Below, piece after piece: positions 39,396 through 48,367 of a stretch of DNA of 64,000 nucleotides. Position 1 is the stretch's first letter. Each line of letters begins with the position of its first letter. The DNA lies in contig JAEOTE010000007.1 in NCBI GenBank assembly GCA_016839945.1, forward strand, positions 32,001 through 96,000. The letters are read 5' to 3'. A model generated the notes under the pieces. It saw only the letters and a program-made list of their open reading frames with translations. It was not told the origin of the DNA and ran no database searches. Position numbers and translations under genes: made by a program. Origin of the DNA: Candidatus Heimdallarchaeota archaeon (lineage in GTDB: Archaea; Asgardarchaeota; Heimdallarchaeia; Heimdallarchaeales; Heimdallarchaeaceae).

Positions 39396-40001
39396 ATGGA
39401 TGAAGAATACAAAATGGTTTTAGTAGGTGTTGGTGGTCAAGGAATTCTGACTATTTCAGATGTTATAGCAATAGCAGCTCAGAAAAAGGGCTTACATGTA
39501 TTAGGTTCAGAAGTTCATGGCATGGCTCAGAAAGGTGGATCAGTTATTACAAACTTGAAAATTGGGAAAAAACTTTACTCACCAACAATACCTATAGGTT
39601 CCTGCAAAGCTCTGGTTGGATTAGAAGAAAATGAAACACTTCGATATATTAAATTTCTAAAACCTGATGGAATTGTTATAACATCTAAAACTGTTCTTTA
39701 CCCAGTAGGCTGGAAAAAAGACAAATCTGCAGCTGATATTGCACATGAAAAAATTGAAGAGAATCTAGAACAATTCAAGGTAAAAATCATTAGAATAGAT
39801 GCAGAAGAATTAGCTCTGAAAGCTGGTTTAGTTCTTACTCAAAACATAGTTCTGCTTGGAGCTCTATCTCAAATAAAGGATTTCCCACTATCAGAGGAAG
39901 ATCTCAGATCTGCTCTAAAAGAAAGAGTACCTTCTAAATACTTGAACCAAAATCTAAGAGCCTTTGATTTAGGTATTGAAGCAGTGAAAAATAGAACATA
40001 G
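39396..40001 (+). CDS. iorB: Indolepyruvate:ferredoxin oxidoreductase beta subunit
   Basis: GVGGQG, SEVHGMAQKGGSV, NIVLLGA. Confidence 0.95.
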   Translation: MDEEYKMVLVGVGGQGILTISDVIAIAAQKKGLHVLGSEVHGMAQKGGSVITNLKIGKKLYSPTIPIGSCKALVGLEENETLRYIKFLKPDGIVITSKTVLYPVGWKKDKSAADIAHEKIEENLEQFKVKIIRIDAEELALKAGLVLTQNIVLLGALSQIKDFPLSEEDLRSALKERVPSKYLNQNLRAFDLGIEAVKNRT

Positions 40002-40068
40002 TCTACTATTTCTACAAAGGACTTCTTGTAAGAGTTCAAGGTTTAGAATTAGAATTAGTGTTTATTTT

Positions 40069-40386
40069 CTAAGCATTACCTTCTTCTGGTGGTAATTGCA
40101 CAGCGTCTATGATTCGTTCACCTGCAACCACCTCATCAACGGAATGAATTGAAGAACCATAATCTCGGAGAGTTTCTTGAATATTTTGGAAAATCAAATC
40201 GTCTCCTACAATAGTTACAGTTATTCCTTCAGTGCTTGAATCAGTTTCAGTTCTTAGAATATTCACTGATTCTATTCCTTTCAACTTAGTTAATTCCAAA
40301 GCCAAAACATCAATTCTTGGTTGATGAGGCTTTAACACATCCAATACAAGTCTTCTTATGCGAACATTTTTTGTGGGTTCAGCCAT
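40069..40386 (-). CDS. DUF211-family protein
   Basis: IRRLVLDVLKPHQP, SIHSVDEVVAG. Confidence 0.88.
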   Translation of the reverse strand: MAEPTKNVRIRRLVLDVLKPHQPRIDVLALELTKLKGIESVNILRTETDSSTEGITVTIVGDDLIFQNIQETLRDYGSSIHSVDEVVAGERIIDAVQLPPEEGNA

Positions 40387-40579
40387 CTTTGTTCCCGTGT
40401 TATAACTGATTAGTCAATTTTTTCTTTGTTTAGTAGATTATTAAACTTTCTGTTATCTAAATAGATGTAAGTAATAGTAATATTCTTTAATTTGGCTTAC
40501 CATTAGAAAAAAGAATTTAAACATAGTAAATATTATGTATTGGGGAACTCTAGATTATGAGTACAGATATGTGAGGTTT

Positions 40580-43500
40580 ATGACTAAGAAATTTCCGTAT
40601 GAGCTTTGGTTATCTGCAGGAAGTGATGCAGGTATTAGTTTTGCCACAGTTGGCCGTCTAGCTAAAGATTCAAGCATGATGCAAGGGATTCTACTTTCCC
40701 TTCAAAATCTAATGTCTACAGAAGTAGATGTTTCTAATTCACAATTTATGACAGGAGAGAATGAGTTTGTAAAATTTGGTACTTTTACACTTGCAGAAGA
40801 AGCAGATAATGTTGTTGTTCAATATATCGTTAAATCCGAACAAGCAAAGAAATTGTCCAAATATGATGAAGAACTTGTTCAAGAGTTAGCTCAGTCATTC
40901 TGTAGATTCATAATATTAACACCCAATTTCCATCAAAACATATCTGCTGGAAAAATGATATCTCCTGATTATGTATCAAAAGCGTTCCTAAAAGCATGTA
41001 CTATTACTAAACAAAAAATTAGTGTCCCTACAAATAACAAGGATTTGGGTGAGCTAATAAAGAAACATATAGAGATTATAGAACAAAATCCGGAGAATTA
41101 TGAAACATTAGTACAATTAAAAGACATTAAACAATGGTTAGGGGATGATGAACAGTCTTGGGATAAAGGTTCAATTATACCATTCAAAAGACAACTTCTT
41201 GTTCAAATGGTTTCTCAAGATATATTAAACCAAATAATTAGAGAGGATCCTTTTGTTCTCTTAGAGTTTGAATCCCCCAGATATGTGGTGGAGGAAATTC
41301 GAAATAGTATTGAAAATTATTTAAGAAAGAAAGACATCAAACCTCAAGATTTAATAGAAAGATATCTAGCAAAAGATTTGTCAAAAATTGTTAGAACAAA
41401 CCTTGAAAGATTAACAATCGATGAAATACATTCTGCCAATTCCTTTATATCTAACATTCTAGCAAAGGAAGTAATATACAAAATTGCTAAAGAAAAACCT
41501 CTAAATTCTTTAATTGATTTTAGAGATATTCCCCTCTTTAGTACAATTCAAAAAACTATAACCACACTAACAGAGATTCCTAACCCTGGAACAATGATAT
41601 GTGATGCACTTATTGAGGATGTATCACCTTTAGTACTACAAAGTGGAAGACTTTTCTATAATCAATTAATAAATCCATTTACTGGAAAAAAACTTCCCCC
41701 AAGTATTTGGAATGTGATAATAGATTTTACATATGCAATAATTGAAGAAAAGAAAATTAAAAGTAAAGAAGAAGGGAGAGAAACGTCTATACAAGTAAAA
41801 AGAAATCTTCTAAACAATCGTCTAGCAAAATTAACAGTAATTCAATCAGAATGGCTGAAGGAATTAACTATAAAATTTAAGGAAGTAGGTGTAGGAAGAG
41901 AGCTTCGATTATCTAATGTTGAAGAATCTGTCTTATTTGCAAACGCATTGGAAAGAGCAATAATCACCACTTTGGAGAAAATAGTCAAAGATCAACTATT
42001 TAATACAAACCTAGGAGATATCTTTAATTTCATGATTGATACATTCAAAGATCTAGCTCCTAAGACGGTTTTAGCTAAAATAATATCCAATGTAATGAAT
42101 GATGTTAAAGAAAGAAAATATGAAACTGCTCAACAAATGAGTATGAGCGCTCAAGATCTTATTGGAGCATCAATTGAAGAAGGAGATGTGAAAGCTTTTG
42201 TGAATTCAGTTCCTGTTCAATTGAAAAGATCTTTCTTTAGAGGAACAAATCTCAGTTTTGATGGAAGAACTGTATCTTCTTCTGAATTATTACAGAAAAA
42301 AGGAGTTTCTATAAGTATAGGTAACAAAATAATGCCTCTAAACGATTTTGAAGCAGATGCAGAATTTCTATCAACTTGTTTTACAAACTCTAAAATATTA
42401 CGTAAAGCTTATGCTAAAGCCATATTGAGGGGGATGATTGAATCTTATGTACAACAGATTTTTAATTTTGAAGGTGAGATAATAGGAAGACTTGACTCTT
42501 TAATAACTGCTTTTAATAAAGAAATGGTTTCGAAATTGACACCTGCTCATAGGTTGCTTGAAATAAAAGAAAGTTTCCCTTCTTTCCCTCAAATACGGGA
42601 TATTCCACAAAAATTTGCTGAAAGAAATTTTCATGATCGTTGTCGTGATAGTTGGAATCTTTATGCACCTAAAATTCAAAAAGCAATCCAAGATATACTA
42701 AATGGTTTCTCTAAGCTACGTACAAAGGATTTAAACTATAAGAAAAAAGCTATGAAACTGTATAGTAAAGCTATAAAAGATCTAAAATATGTTCGAAAAA
42801 TTCTTCTTAAAAGCTGGAATCCCCTCAATAATCAAATGACCAAAGTTGTTGAAAAATGGTCAAAAGATGTAAGTGCTAAGCTTTCAGCTCATCTAGATTT
42901 TGTTGATCGCAATGTTAATGATTGGATTAGTGATGTTTTCAAGATTAATAGACTAGAATATGGCCGTTTTACAATTTCACATGAGCAAAGTCAAAAACAA
43001 ATAATTGAAACTCTCAATGAAATCAACCCTAGAGAGATAGCGGAATTACCTAAGAATTTCATGGAGATTGCTATATCAATTCTGCTTTATCGTCGAATAC
43101 CTGAGTATGTTATAGATGAATCATACAACCAAATGATATCTGGAGAAAGGAAAGTTGCTGATGCTGTATTAAAAGCATGGAGTAAAAGCAAATCCAGAAA
43201 TGAGTTTGAGGATAACCTTTACATGAACATGAGGGTTTTAGGAAATACTTTTACTAGAATGATTAATACATACGGGAGATTAGTAAGCTCGTTATTTATT
43301 CAAGATGATATTGCTTTATCCAGTGATATCAAAGGTTATTACATAGTATTAGGATCATTCACAAAGGATGTATATACTACAAAAAATCATGTGTTATCTA
43401 TCTTAAGATTCCTGAATGTTGAAGTTATAGATTTAGGAGAAGATTGGGAAGTCAGACTGTACTTAGAACCTGAATACAAGAAAGAGATGAGTGAGTACAG

Positions 43501-43726
43501 AGACCGTTTAATTGTTATGAGTGATTTAGTAGGTTTCGTTGCTCGTAAGAAGTTTGATGAAAATACAGGTCCTGTACTAGAAGGAATAAAATCAGCTATT
43601 AATTATTTAATTGAACATGGAGACACCAACATTATAGACCTAGCAGAAACAATTAAAGAAGCACTCTTTATGCTATCAGAATATCCTACAAAAGTATTAG
43701 AGGAAAAACAACAACAAAAACAATGA
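40580..43726 (+). CDS. Large hypothetical protein with N-terminal longin-like domain and long helical body
   Basis: Uninterrupted >1000-codon ORF; ATG 40580 has GTGAGG SD; longin-like pattern by eye only. Confidence 0.6.
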   Translation: MTKKFPYELWLSAGSDAGISFATVGRLAKDSSMMQGILLSLQNLMSTEVDVSNSQFMTGENEFVKFGTFTLAEEADNVVVQYIVKSEQAKKLSKYDEELVQELAQSFCRFIILTPNFHQNISAGKMISPDYVSKAFLKACTITKQKISVPTNNKDLGELIKKHIEIIEQNPENYETLVQLKDIKQWLGDDEQSWDKGSIIPFKRQLLVQMVSQDILNQIIREDPFVLLEFESPRYVVEEIRNSIENYLRKKDIKPQDLIERYLAKDLSKIVRTNLERLTIDEIHSANSFISNILAKEVIYKIAKEKPLNSLIDFRDIPLFSTIQKTITTLTEIPNPGTMICDALIEDVSPLVLQSGRLFYNQLINPFTGKKLPPSIWNVIIDFTYAIIEEKKIKSKEEGRETSIQVKRNLLNNRLAKLTVIQSEWLKELTIKFKEVGVGRELRLSNVEESVLFANALERAIITTLEKIVKDQLFNTNLGDIFNFMIDTFKDLAPKTVLAKIISNVMNDVKERKYETAQQMSMSAQDLIGASIEEGDVKAFVNSVPVQLKRSFFRGTNLSFDGRTVSSSELLQKKGVSISIGNKIMPLNDFEADAEFLSTCFTNSKILRKAYAKAILRGMIESYVQQIFNFEGEIIGRLDSLITAFNKEMVSKLTPAHRLLEIKESFPSFPQIRDIPQKFAERNFHDRCRDSWNLYAPKIQKAIQDILNGFSKLRTKDLNYKKKAMKLYSKAIKDLKYVRKILLKSWNPLNNQMTKVVEKWSKDVSAKLSAHLDFVDRNVNDWISDVFKINRLEYGRFTISHEQSQKQIIETLNEINPREIAELPKNFMEIAISILLYRRIPEYVIDESYNQMISGERKVADAVLKAWSKSKSRNEFEDNLYMNMRVLGNTFTRMINTYGRLVSSLFIQDDIALSSDIKGYYIVLGSFTKDVYTTKNHVLSILRFLNVEVIDLGEDWEVRLYLEPEYKKEMSEYRDRLIVMSDLVGFVARKKFDENTGPVLEGIKSAINYLIEHGDTNIIDLAETIKEALFMLSEYPTKVLEEKQQQKQ

Positions 43727-43751
43727 AATTTCTCTGACTTCCATTAGTAAT

Positions 43752-44477
43752 TTACTTTGGCAATCTAGGTCCAAAAATAGAAGTTCCTATTCTAACCATA
43801 TTTGATCCTTCTTCAATTGCTATCTCAAAATCATTGGACATTCCCATTGAGAGTATAGGATTTTCTACTACTAAAAGAGGTATAATTTGCTTTTTGAAAA
43901 TTTCAGTAGTTTTAGAAAACAGTTTCCTCAAAACCTGTTGATCACTTTCAAATTCTAGGGGAGCTATTGTCATAATACCATGTACAATAACATTTGAATA
44001 TTGTTTTGTTAATTCAAGAAATTTCAAGGTTTCACTAATGTTTAAACCTTTTGGAGAAGCTACATTGCTAAAATCTACTTGTATAAGAATAGGATATATT
44101 GTTTTCTGATTCAATGCACGTTTGTTAATAAGAGATAAAATCTTCTCTTGTTGAACACTCTGGATAAAATTACAGTTTTCAACAGCAAATTTTACTTTGT
44201 TCGATTGCATACGTCCTACAACATGTAATTCAGTTGATGGAGAATAATTCTTTATTTGAAGTATCTTTGATTTAAGTTCAGTACCAACAACCTCACCAAT
44301 TATTTTAAGACCTGCATCTATTGCTAATTGGATTCTACCCATTTCAATGCGTTTAGTTACACCAACCAGTGAAATTTCTGTTCCATCACGTCCACTCTTT
44401 CTTGCACTTTCATCTATTCTACCTAAAACATCTTGATAATTAGAGGGAATATCTATAGAGAGTGGACTCTGAGTCAT
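43752..44477 (-). CDS. yggS: YggS-family PLP homeostasis protein
   Basis: VGVTK, GRMQSNKV, GIMTI, LSMGMSNDFEIAIEEGSNMVRIGTSIFG. Confidence 0.93.
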   Translation of the reverse strand: MTQSPLSIDIPSNYQDVLGRIDESARKSGRDGTEISLVGVTKRIEMGRIQLAIDAGLKIIGEVVGTELKSKILQIKNYSPSTELHVVGRMQSNKVKFAVENCNFIQSVQQEKILSLINKRALNQKTIYPILIQVDFSNVASPKGLNISETLKFLELTKQYSNVIVHGIMTIAPLEFESDQQVLRKLFSKTTEIFKKQIIPLLVVENPILSMGMSNDFEIAIEEGSNMVRIGTSIFGPRLPK

Positions 44478-44574
44478 TGTTTTATTATAGACACTTAAAA
44501 AATAAAGATATTGCTATCAACAATAGTTTTGATTTCATTCAAAATTCAACTGGTTTTAATACAGTTATTCTCAA

Positions 44575-45357
44575 TTAAAGCACTCTACCTTCCATTCCTC
44601 CATGGACCATTATTGTTTCTCCACTTATATGTCCCGCAGCTTTTTCTGAAAGAAGAAATCCAACTATTGAAGCTACATCCTCAACTTGAGCTATTTTTTT
44701 TAAAGGCATTGTTTGGAATATTCTTTCCATCTTCCCTTCTTCTCTTAAAGATTTTTCTGCCATCTCTGTAAATACCCAACCTGGTGCAACACAATTAACT
44801 CTACCTAAAGAAGAATAAGTAATTATTTCGTTTTTCCATGTCTTTGTTAAACCATACATCAAAGCTGCTTTTGTAGCAGAATAATCAGCATATCCTGCTT
44901 CACCAAATTGACCAGCTGTAGAACCTATTAAAACAATTGAAGCTGTCTCTTCCTTAGATGATAGGAGATTTCTGAAAAATTCTCTAACACATAGGAAAAC
45001 ACCAGTAAGATTAACATTCAAGGTTTTTTCCCATCGATCTATATTCATCTTATCAGTTAATGTAGGCATAGGTGCCCAGATTCCAGCATTAGCTACTAAA
45101 CAATCTACTCTTCCAAAATTATCTATAGCTTCCTGAAAGATTCTTTTAATATCAGTTTCTTTTTCTAAATCACCTTTGATTAAAACAAGATTGCTTGAGT
45201 CTAGCTGATCCCTAATTTGGTTGGCTTTATCCTCACTTTTATTATAATGAAGACTGATTTTTGCACCCTCTTGGTGCAGTAGTTTTACAATAGATTGTCC
45301 AATTCCTCCTGACCCACCTGTGACTAACACATGCTTATTAGTTAATCCTAATTCCAT
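44575..45357 (-). CDS. Classical SDR oxidoreductase
   Basis: TGGSGGIG, ANAG, YSATK, VNCVAPG. Confidence 0.93.
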   Translation of the reverse strand: MELGLTNKHVLVTGGSGGIGQSIVKLLHQEGAKISLHYNKSEDKANQIRDQLDSSNLVLIKGDLEKETDIKRIFQEAIDNFGRVDCLVANAGIWAPMPTLTDKMNIDRWEKTLNVNLTGVFLCVREFFRNLLSSKEETASIVLIGSTAGQFGEAGYADYSATKAALMYGLTKTWKNEIITYSSLGRVNCVAPGWVFTEMAEKSLREEGKMERIFQTMPLKKIAQVEDVASIVGFLLSEKAAGHISGETIMVHGGMEGRVL

Positions 45358-45441
45358 AGGATAAAGAAAGAGAGTGAGATTTTAAATTTAATCCAATGAT
45401 TTCATTTGAATATATTTATAAAAGAATGTTCTTGACTGAGA

Positions 45442-46848
45442 GTGATACATATGAACGAAGATTTAGTAAACAATGTACTAAAATCTATAGAAAAAGAAAA
45501 AGTTACTTATGCTGATATAAGAATTGAAAATTCTTTAATGACACAAATTCGAACTGTTAATAAAAAAGTTGAACGAAGCACTACAGGGATAGAATCTGGT
45601 ATAGGAATAAGGATTCTAAAAGAAGGTGCTTGGGGATTTGCATTTGGACCTATCGATAATTTTACAGATATCATTAAGATGGCAGTCCAAGCAAATAAGT
45701 TGAATCTCAAACATAAGAAAGAGGAAATTAAATTAGCAGAGATAAAAATCGTAGAAGACGATTTTGAAGGAAAGCAGAAAAAGAAAATTGATGATGTGGG
45801 ATTTGATGAAAAAATCCAAATGACTTTTGAAACTGATAAAGCTCAAGAAGATGAAAAGATAAAATCCAGAACATCCGTTTATAGAGAAGTTCTCAAGAAT
45901 GTGATTCTAGCAACAACAGAGGGAACAAGGATAAACTATTCTGTACCTTATGTAAGACTAGGAGCAATTTCTGTCGCTAGAGAAGGAAATGAAACCATAG
46001 AAACCTATTGTATTGCAGGTCATTTAGGTGGTTTAGAACTCATTGACATTAGAGCACCACAAGAGATAGGAGATAAAGCTAAAGAAAGAGCTTTAGAAGG
46101 ACTTAAAGCTCCTAAACTTAAAAATGGAAGATACCCAGTTGTTCTTGATGGAACAATAAATCATCTTTTTGCTCATGAAGCTGCAGGTCATAGTGCAGAA
46201 GCTGATTTAGCAAAAAATGCAGGTATTCTTAAAGGTAAGTTAGGAAAAAGAATTGCTCATCCAAAAGTTGATATGATAGACGATGGGAGATTGAAGGAGG
46301 TTGATAACATCGTACATTTTGGAAATATAAAATATGACGATGAAGGAGTACTAGGACAAAGAAATCACATTATTCGAAATGGTATTCTTGAAACTTACCT
46401 TCATGATAGAGCAACAGCAGCTTATTTTGGTACAAAACCCACAGGAAACTCAAGAGTAGAGGCATACAATTATCCTCAAATAATTAGAATGACTAATACA
46501 TTCATAGCTCCAGCTGAAGATCCTATGAACCATGAAGAGCTATTAGAGTTAATTAAGAACGGATATCTACTAATGCAAGGAGGAGGAGGACAAGTAAGTC
46601 CAATTGAAGGTACTTTTAATTTTGGTGTTGGAGAGGTGTATGAAGTCAAAAATGGTGAAATAGGTCAAAGGTATCGTCCAACTACTTTAGCTGGAAATAC
46701 TTTGGAGACTCTCAACAAAATCATAGGAATATCTCCTGAAATGGGAGATCCTCTAGTTAGTACTGGATTTTGTGGAAAAGGCAGTCAAAGTGTACCTGTA
46801 GCAGGAACTGCAGGATGGATAGCTGTAAAAGATATTGTAATAGGTTAG
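45442..46848 (+). CDS. tldD: TldD metalloprotease subunit
   Basis: HEAAGH, DDEG, RMTNT, GFCGK. Confidence 0.93.
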   Translation: MIHMNEDLVNNVLKSIEKEKVTYADIRIENSLMTQIRTVNKKVERSTTGIESGIGIRILKEGAWGFAFGPIDNFTDIIKMAVQANKLNLKHKKEEIKLAEIKIVEDDFEGKQKKKIDDVGFDEKIQMTFETDKAQEDEKIKSRTSVYREVLKNVILATTEGTRINYSVPYVRLGAISVAREGNETIETYCIAGHLGGLELIDIRAPQEIGDKAKERALEGLKAPKLKNGRYPVVLDGTINHLFAHEAAGHSAEADLAKNAGILKGKLGKRIAHPKVDMIDDGRLKEVDNIVHFGNIKYDDEGVLGQRNHIIRNGILETYLHDRATAAYFGTKPTGNSRVEAYNYPQIIRMTNTFIAPAEDPMNHEELLELIKNGYLLMQGGGGQVSPIEGTFNFGVGEVYEVKNGEIGQRYRPTTLAGNTLETLNKIIGISPEMGDPLVSTGFCGKGSQSVPVAGTAGWIAVKDIVIG

Positions 46849-46857
46849 GAGATAAAA

Positions 46858-48312
46858 ATGTCAGAAAATAGTCTAAGTATTAAAATTGAAAAAGCACTTG
46901 AAACTGGTCTAAAGTATGCTAAAAAAGCTGGTGCATCGCATTGTGAAGCTTATGGTGTAAATGAGAAAGCATATAATTTAGAAATTGAAAAAAAAGAACC
47001 TAAACATAATATAGGAATTATGCATGGTCTTGCTTTTAGAGTAATTGCAAACGATGCATTAGGATTTGCATATACTTCCTCATTCCAAGAAAATGATATT
47101 AAGCATACAATTAATTTAGCAATTCAAAATGCAAAAACACAAAAGAAAGATCCGGATTTGAAACCTTTTCCTGAATTAAAAGAGACAAAAGAAAAATTGT
47201 CACTAGATAAAAAACTATATTCTATTAAACCTGAAGAAATTGCAGAAATATTTGAAAAACTCCATCTTGAAAAACTACCAAAGAATATTCATTTCTTATT
47301 TTCTTTCGGTTTTCTTGGATCTGGAGAGAGTTTCTTAAAAAACTCTCAAGGTTTGGATCTTCATGAAAAAGACGCAGGATATGGTTTAGGGATAGGATAT
47401 CTATCATCTCATGGTTACCCTGTATATGACATTCATGCTGAAGGTTCAAGAAAACTAGGTGAACTAGATCCTGAAATCATTGCAAAAACAACAATAAGCA
47501 AAGTACTTGAAAGTGCAAAACCTAAAACAATGTCTGTCGCAGGTGAGTATCCTGTTATCATAACTCCTGAAGGTTCCTATGGTGCATTTGGAGCATTGTT
47601 TGGAGTCTTAACAAATCTACTGCGAGGAGATAAGGCTTCTAGAGGGGATACAGTCTATGCAGATAGGATAGGAGATCAAATTGCTCCTGAGAATTTCACT
47701 CTTATTGATGATCCACTAAGAAAAGATTTGGTAACATCTGCTTTATATGATGGTGAAGGAGTTCCAACTCAGCGAACAAAACTAATAGAGAAGGGAGTAC
47801 TACAAACATACTATCTGGATTCTTATTATGCAGGGAAACTGAATATGGAAAGTAACGGAAAAGCTACAAGAGGAGGATTATTTAGTGGAAATCCAGTTAA
47901 AGGACCACCTCGAATTGGCTCCTTTGCAACAATCATTGAACCTGGTGATTCCTCAGTTGAAGAAATGATAAGCGAAACAAAGGAAGGTTTCATGCTGAAA
48001 AGCTTCATGGGTATTCATATGTCTGATATGAGTAGTGGAAGATTTGCTGTAACAGGTAGTGGATGGTATATTAAGAACGGGGAGAAAAGGTATCCTGTTC
48101 AAGATATTTCACTTTCTGGAACAATACCAGATTTGTTGAAAGGTATTGATATGATTTCAAAAGAACGAAAGAAAGGAATAAACAATGAAGTTCCATACTT
48201 AAGAGTGGAAAAACTGAATGTAACAGCTAAGAAACTAGATTTTAAAGTACGCTTTGGAATAAAGATATTGAAACTACTAACAAAATTTGGGTATCCAAAT
48301 CCTTACACCTAA
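46858..48312 (+). CDS. tldE: TldE/PmbA subunit
   Basis: No HExxxH; YDGEGVPT, LIEKGVL, SNGKA, SGRF; follows tldD. Confidence 0.9.
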   Translation: MSENSLSIKIEKALETGLKYAKKAGASHCEAYGVNEKAYNLEIEKKEPKHNIGIMHGLAFRVIANDALGFAYTSSFQENDIKHTINLAIQNAKTQKKDPDLKPFPELKETKEKLSLDKKLYSIKPEEIAEIFEKLHLEKLPKNIHFLFSFGFLGSGESFLKNSQGLDLHEKDAGYGLGIGYLSSHGYPVYDIHAEGSRKLGELDPEIIAKTTISKVLESAKPKTMSVAGEYPVIITPEGSYGAFGALFGVLTNLLRGDKASRGDTVYADRIGDQIAPENFTLIDDPLRKDLVTSALYDGEGVPTQRTKLIEKGVLQTYYLDSYYAGKLNMESNGKATRGGLFSGNPVKGPPRIGSFATIIEPGDSSVEEMISETKEGFMLKSFMGIHMSDMSSGRFAVTGSGWYIKNGEKRYPVQDISLSGTIPDLLKGIDMISKERKKGINNEVPYLRVEKLNVTAKKLDFKVRFGIKILKLLTKFGYPNPYT

Positions 48313-48367
48313 TTTCTAATTTTTTTTCTTTTCGAAAAATGGAAAAAGAAAAAAGAAAAAAGAAAAA
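48313..48367. terminator. Back-to-back T-tract and A-tract between convergent genes (bidirectional archaeal terminator region)
   Basis: TTTTTTTTTCTTTT followed by GAAAAAGAAAAAAGAAAAAAGAAAAA. Confidence 0.6.

Noticed and set aside
46846-46860. tldD TAG is in frame with tldE (possible readthrough or pyrrolysine fusion)
   Set aside because: tldE has its own AGGAG SD and ATG; tldD ends at the normal family C-terminus; no pyl genes seen
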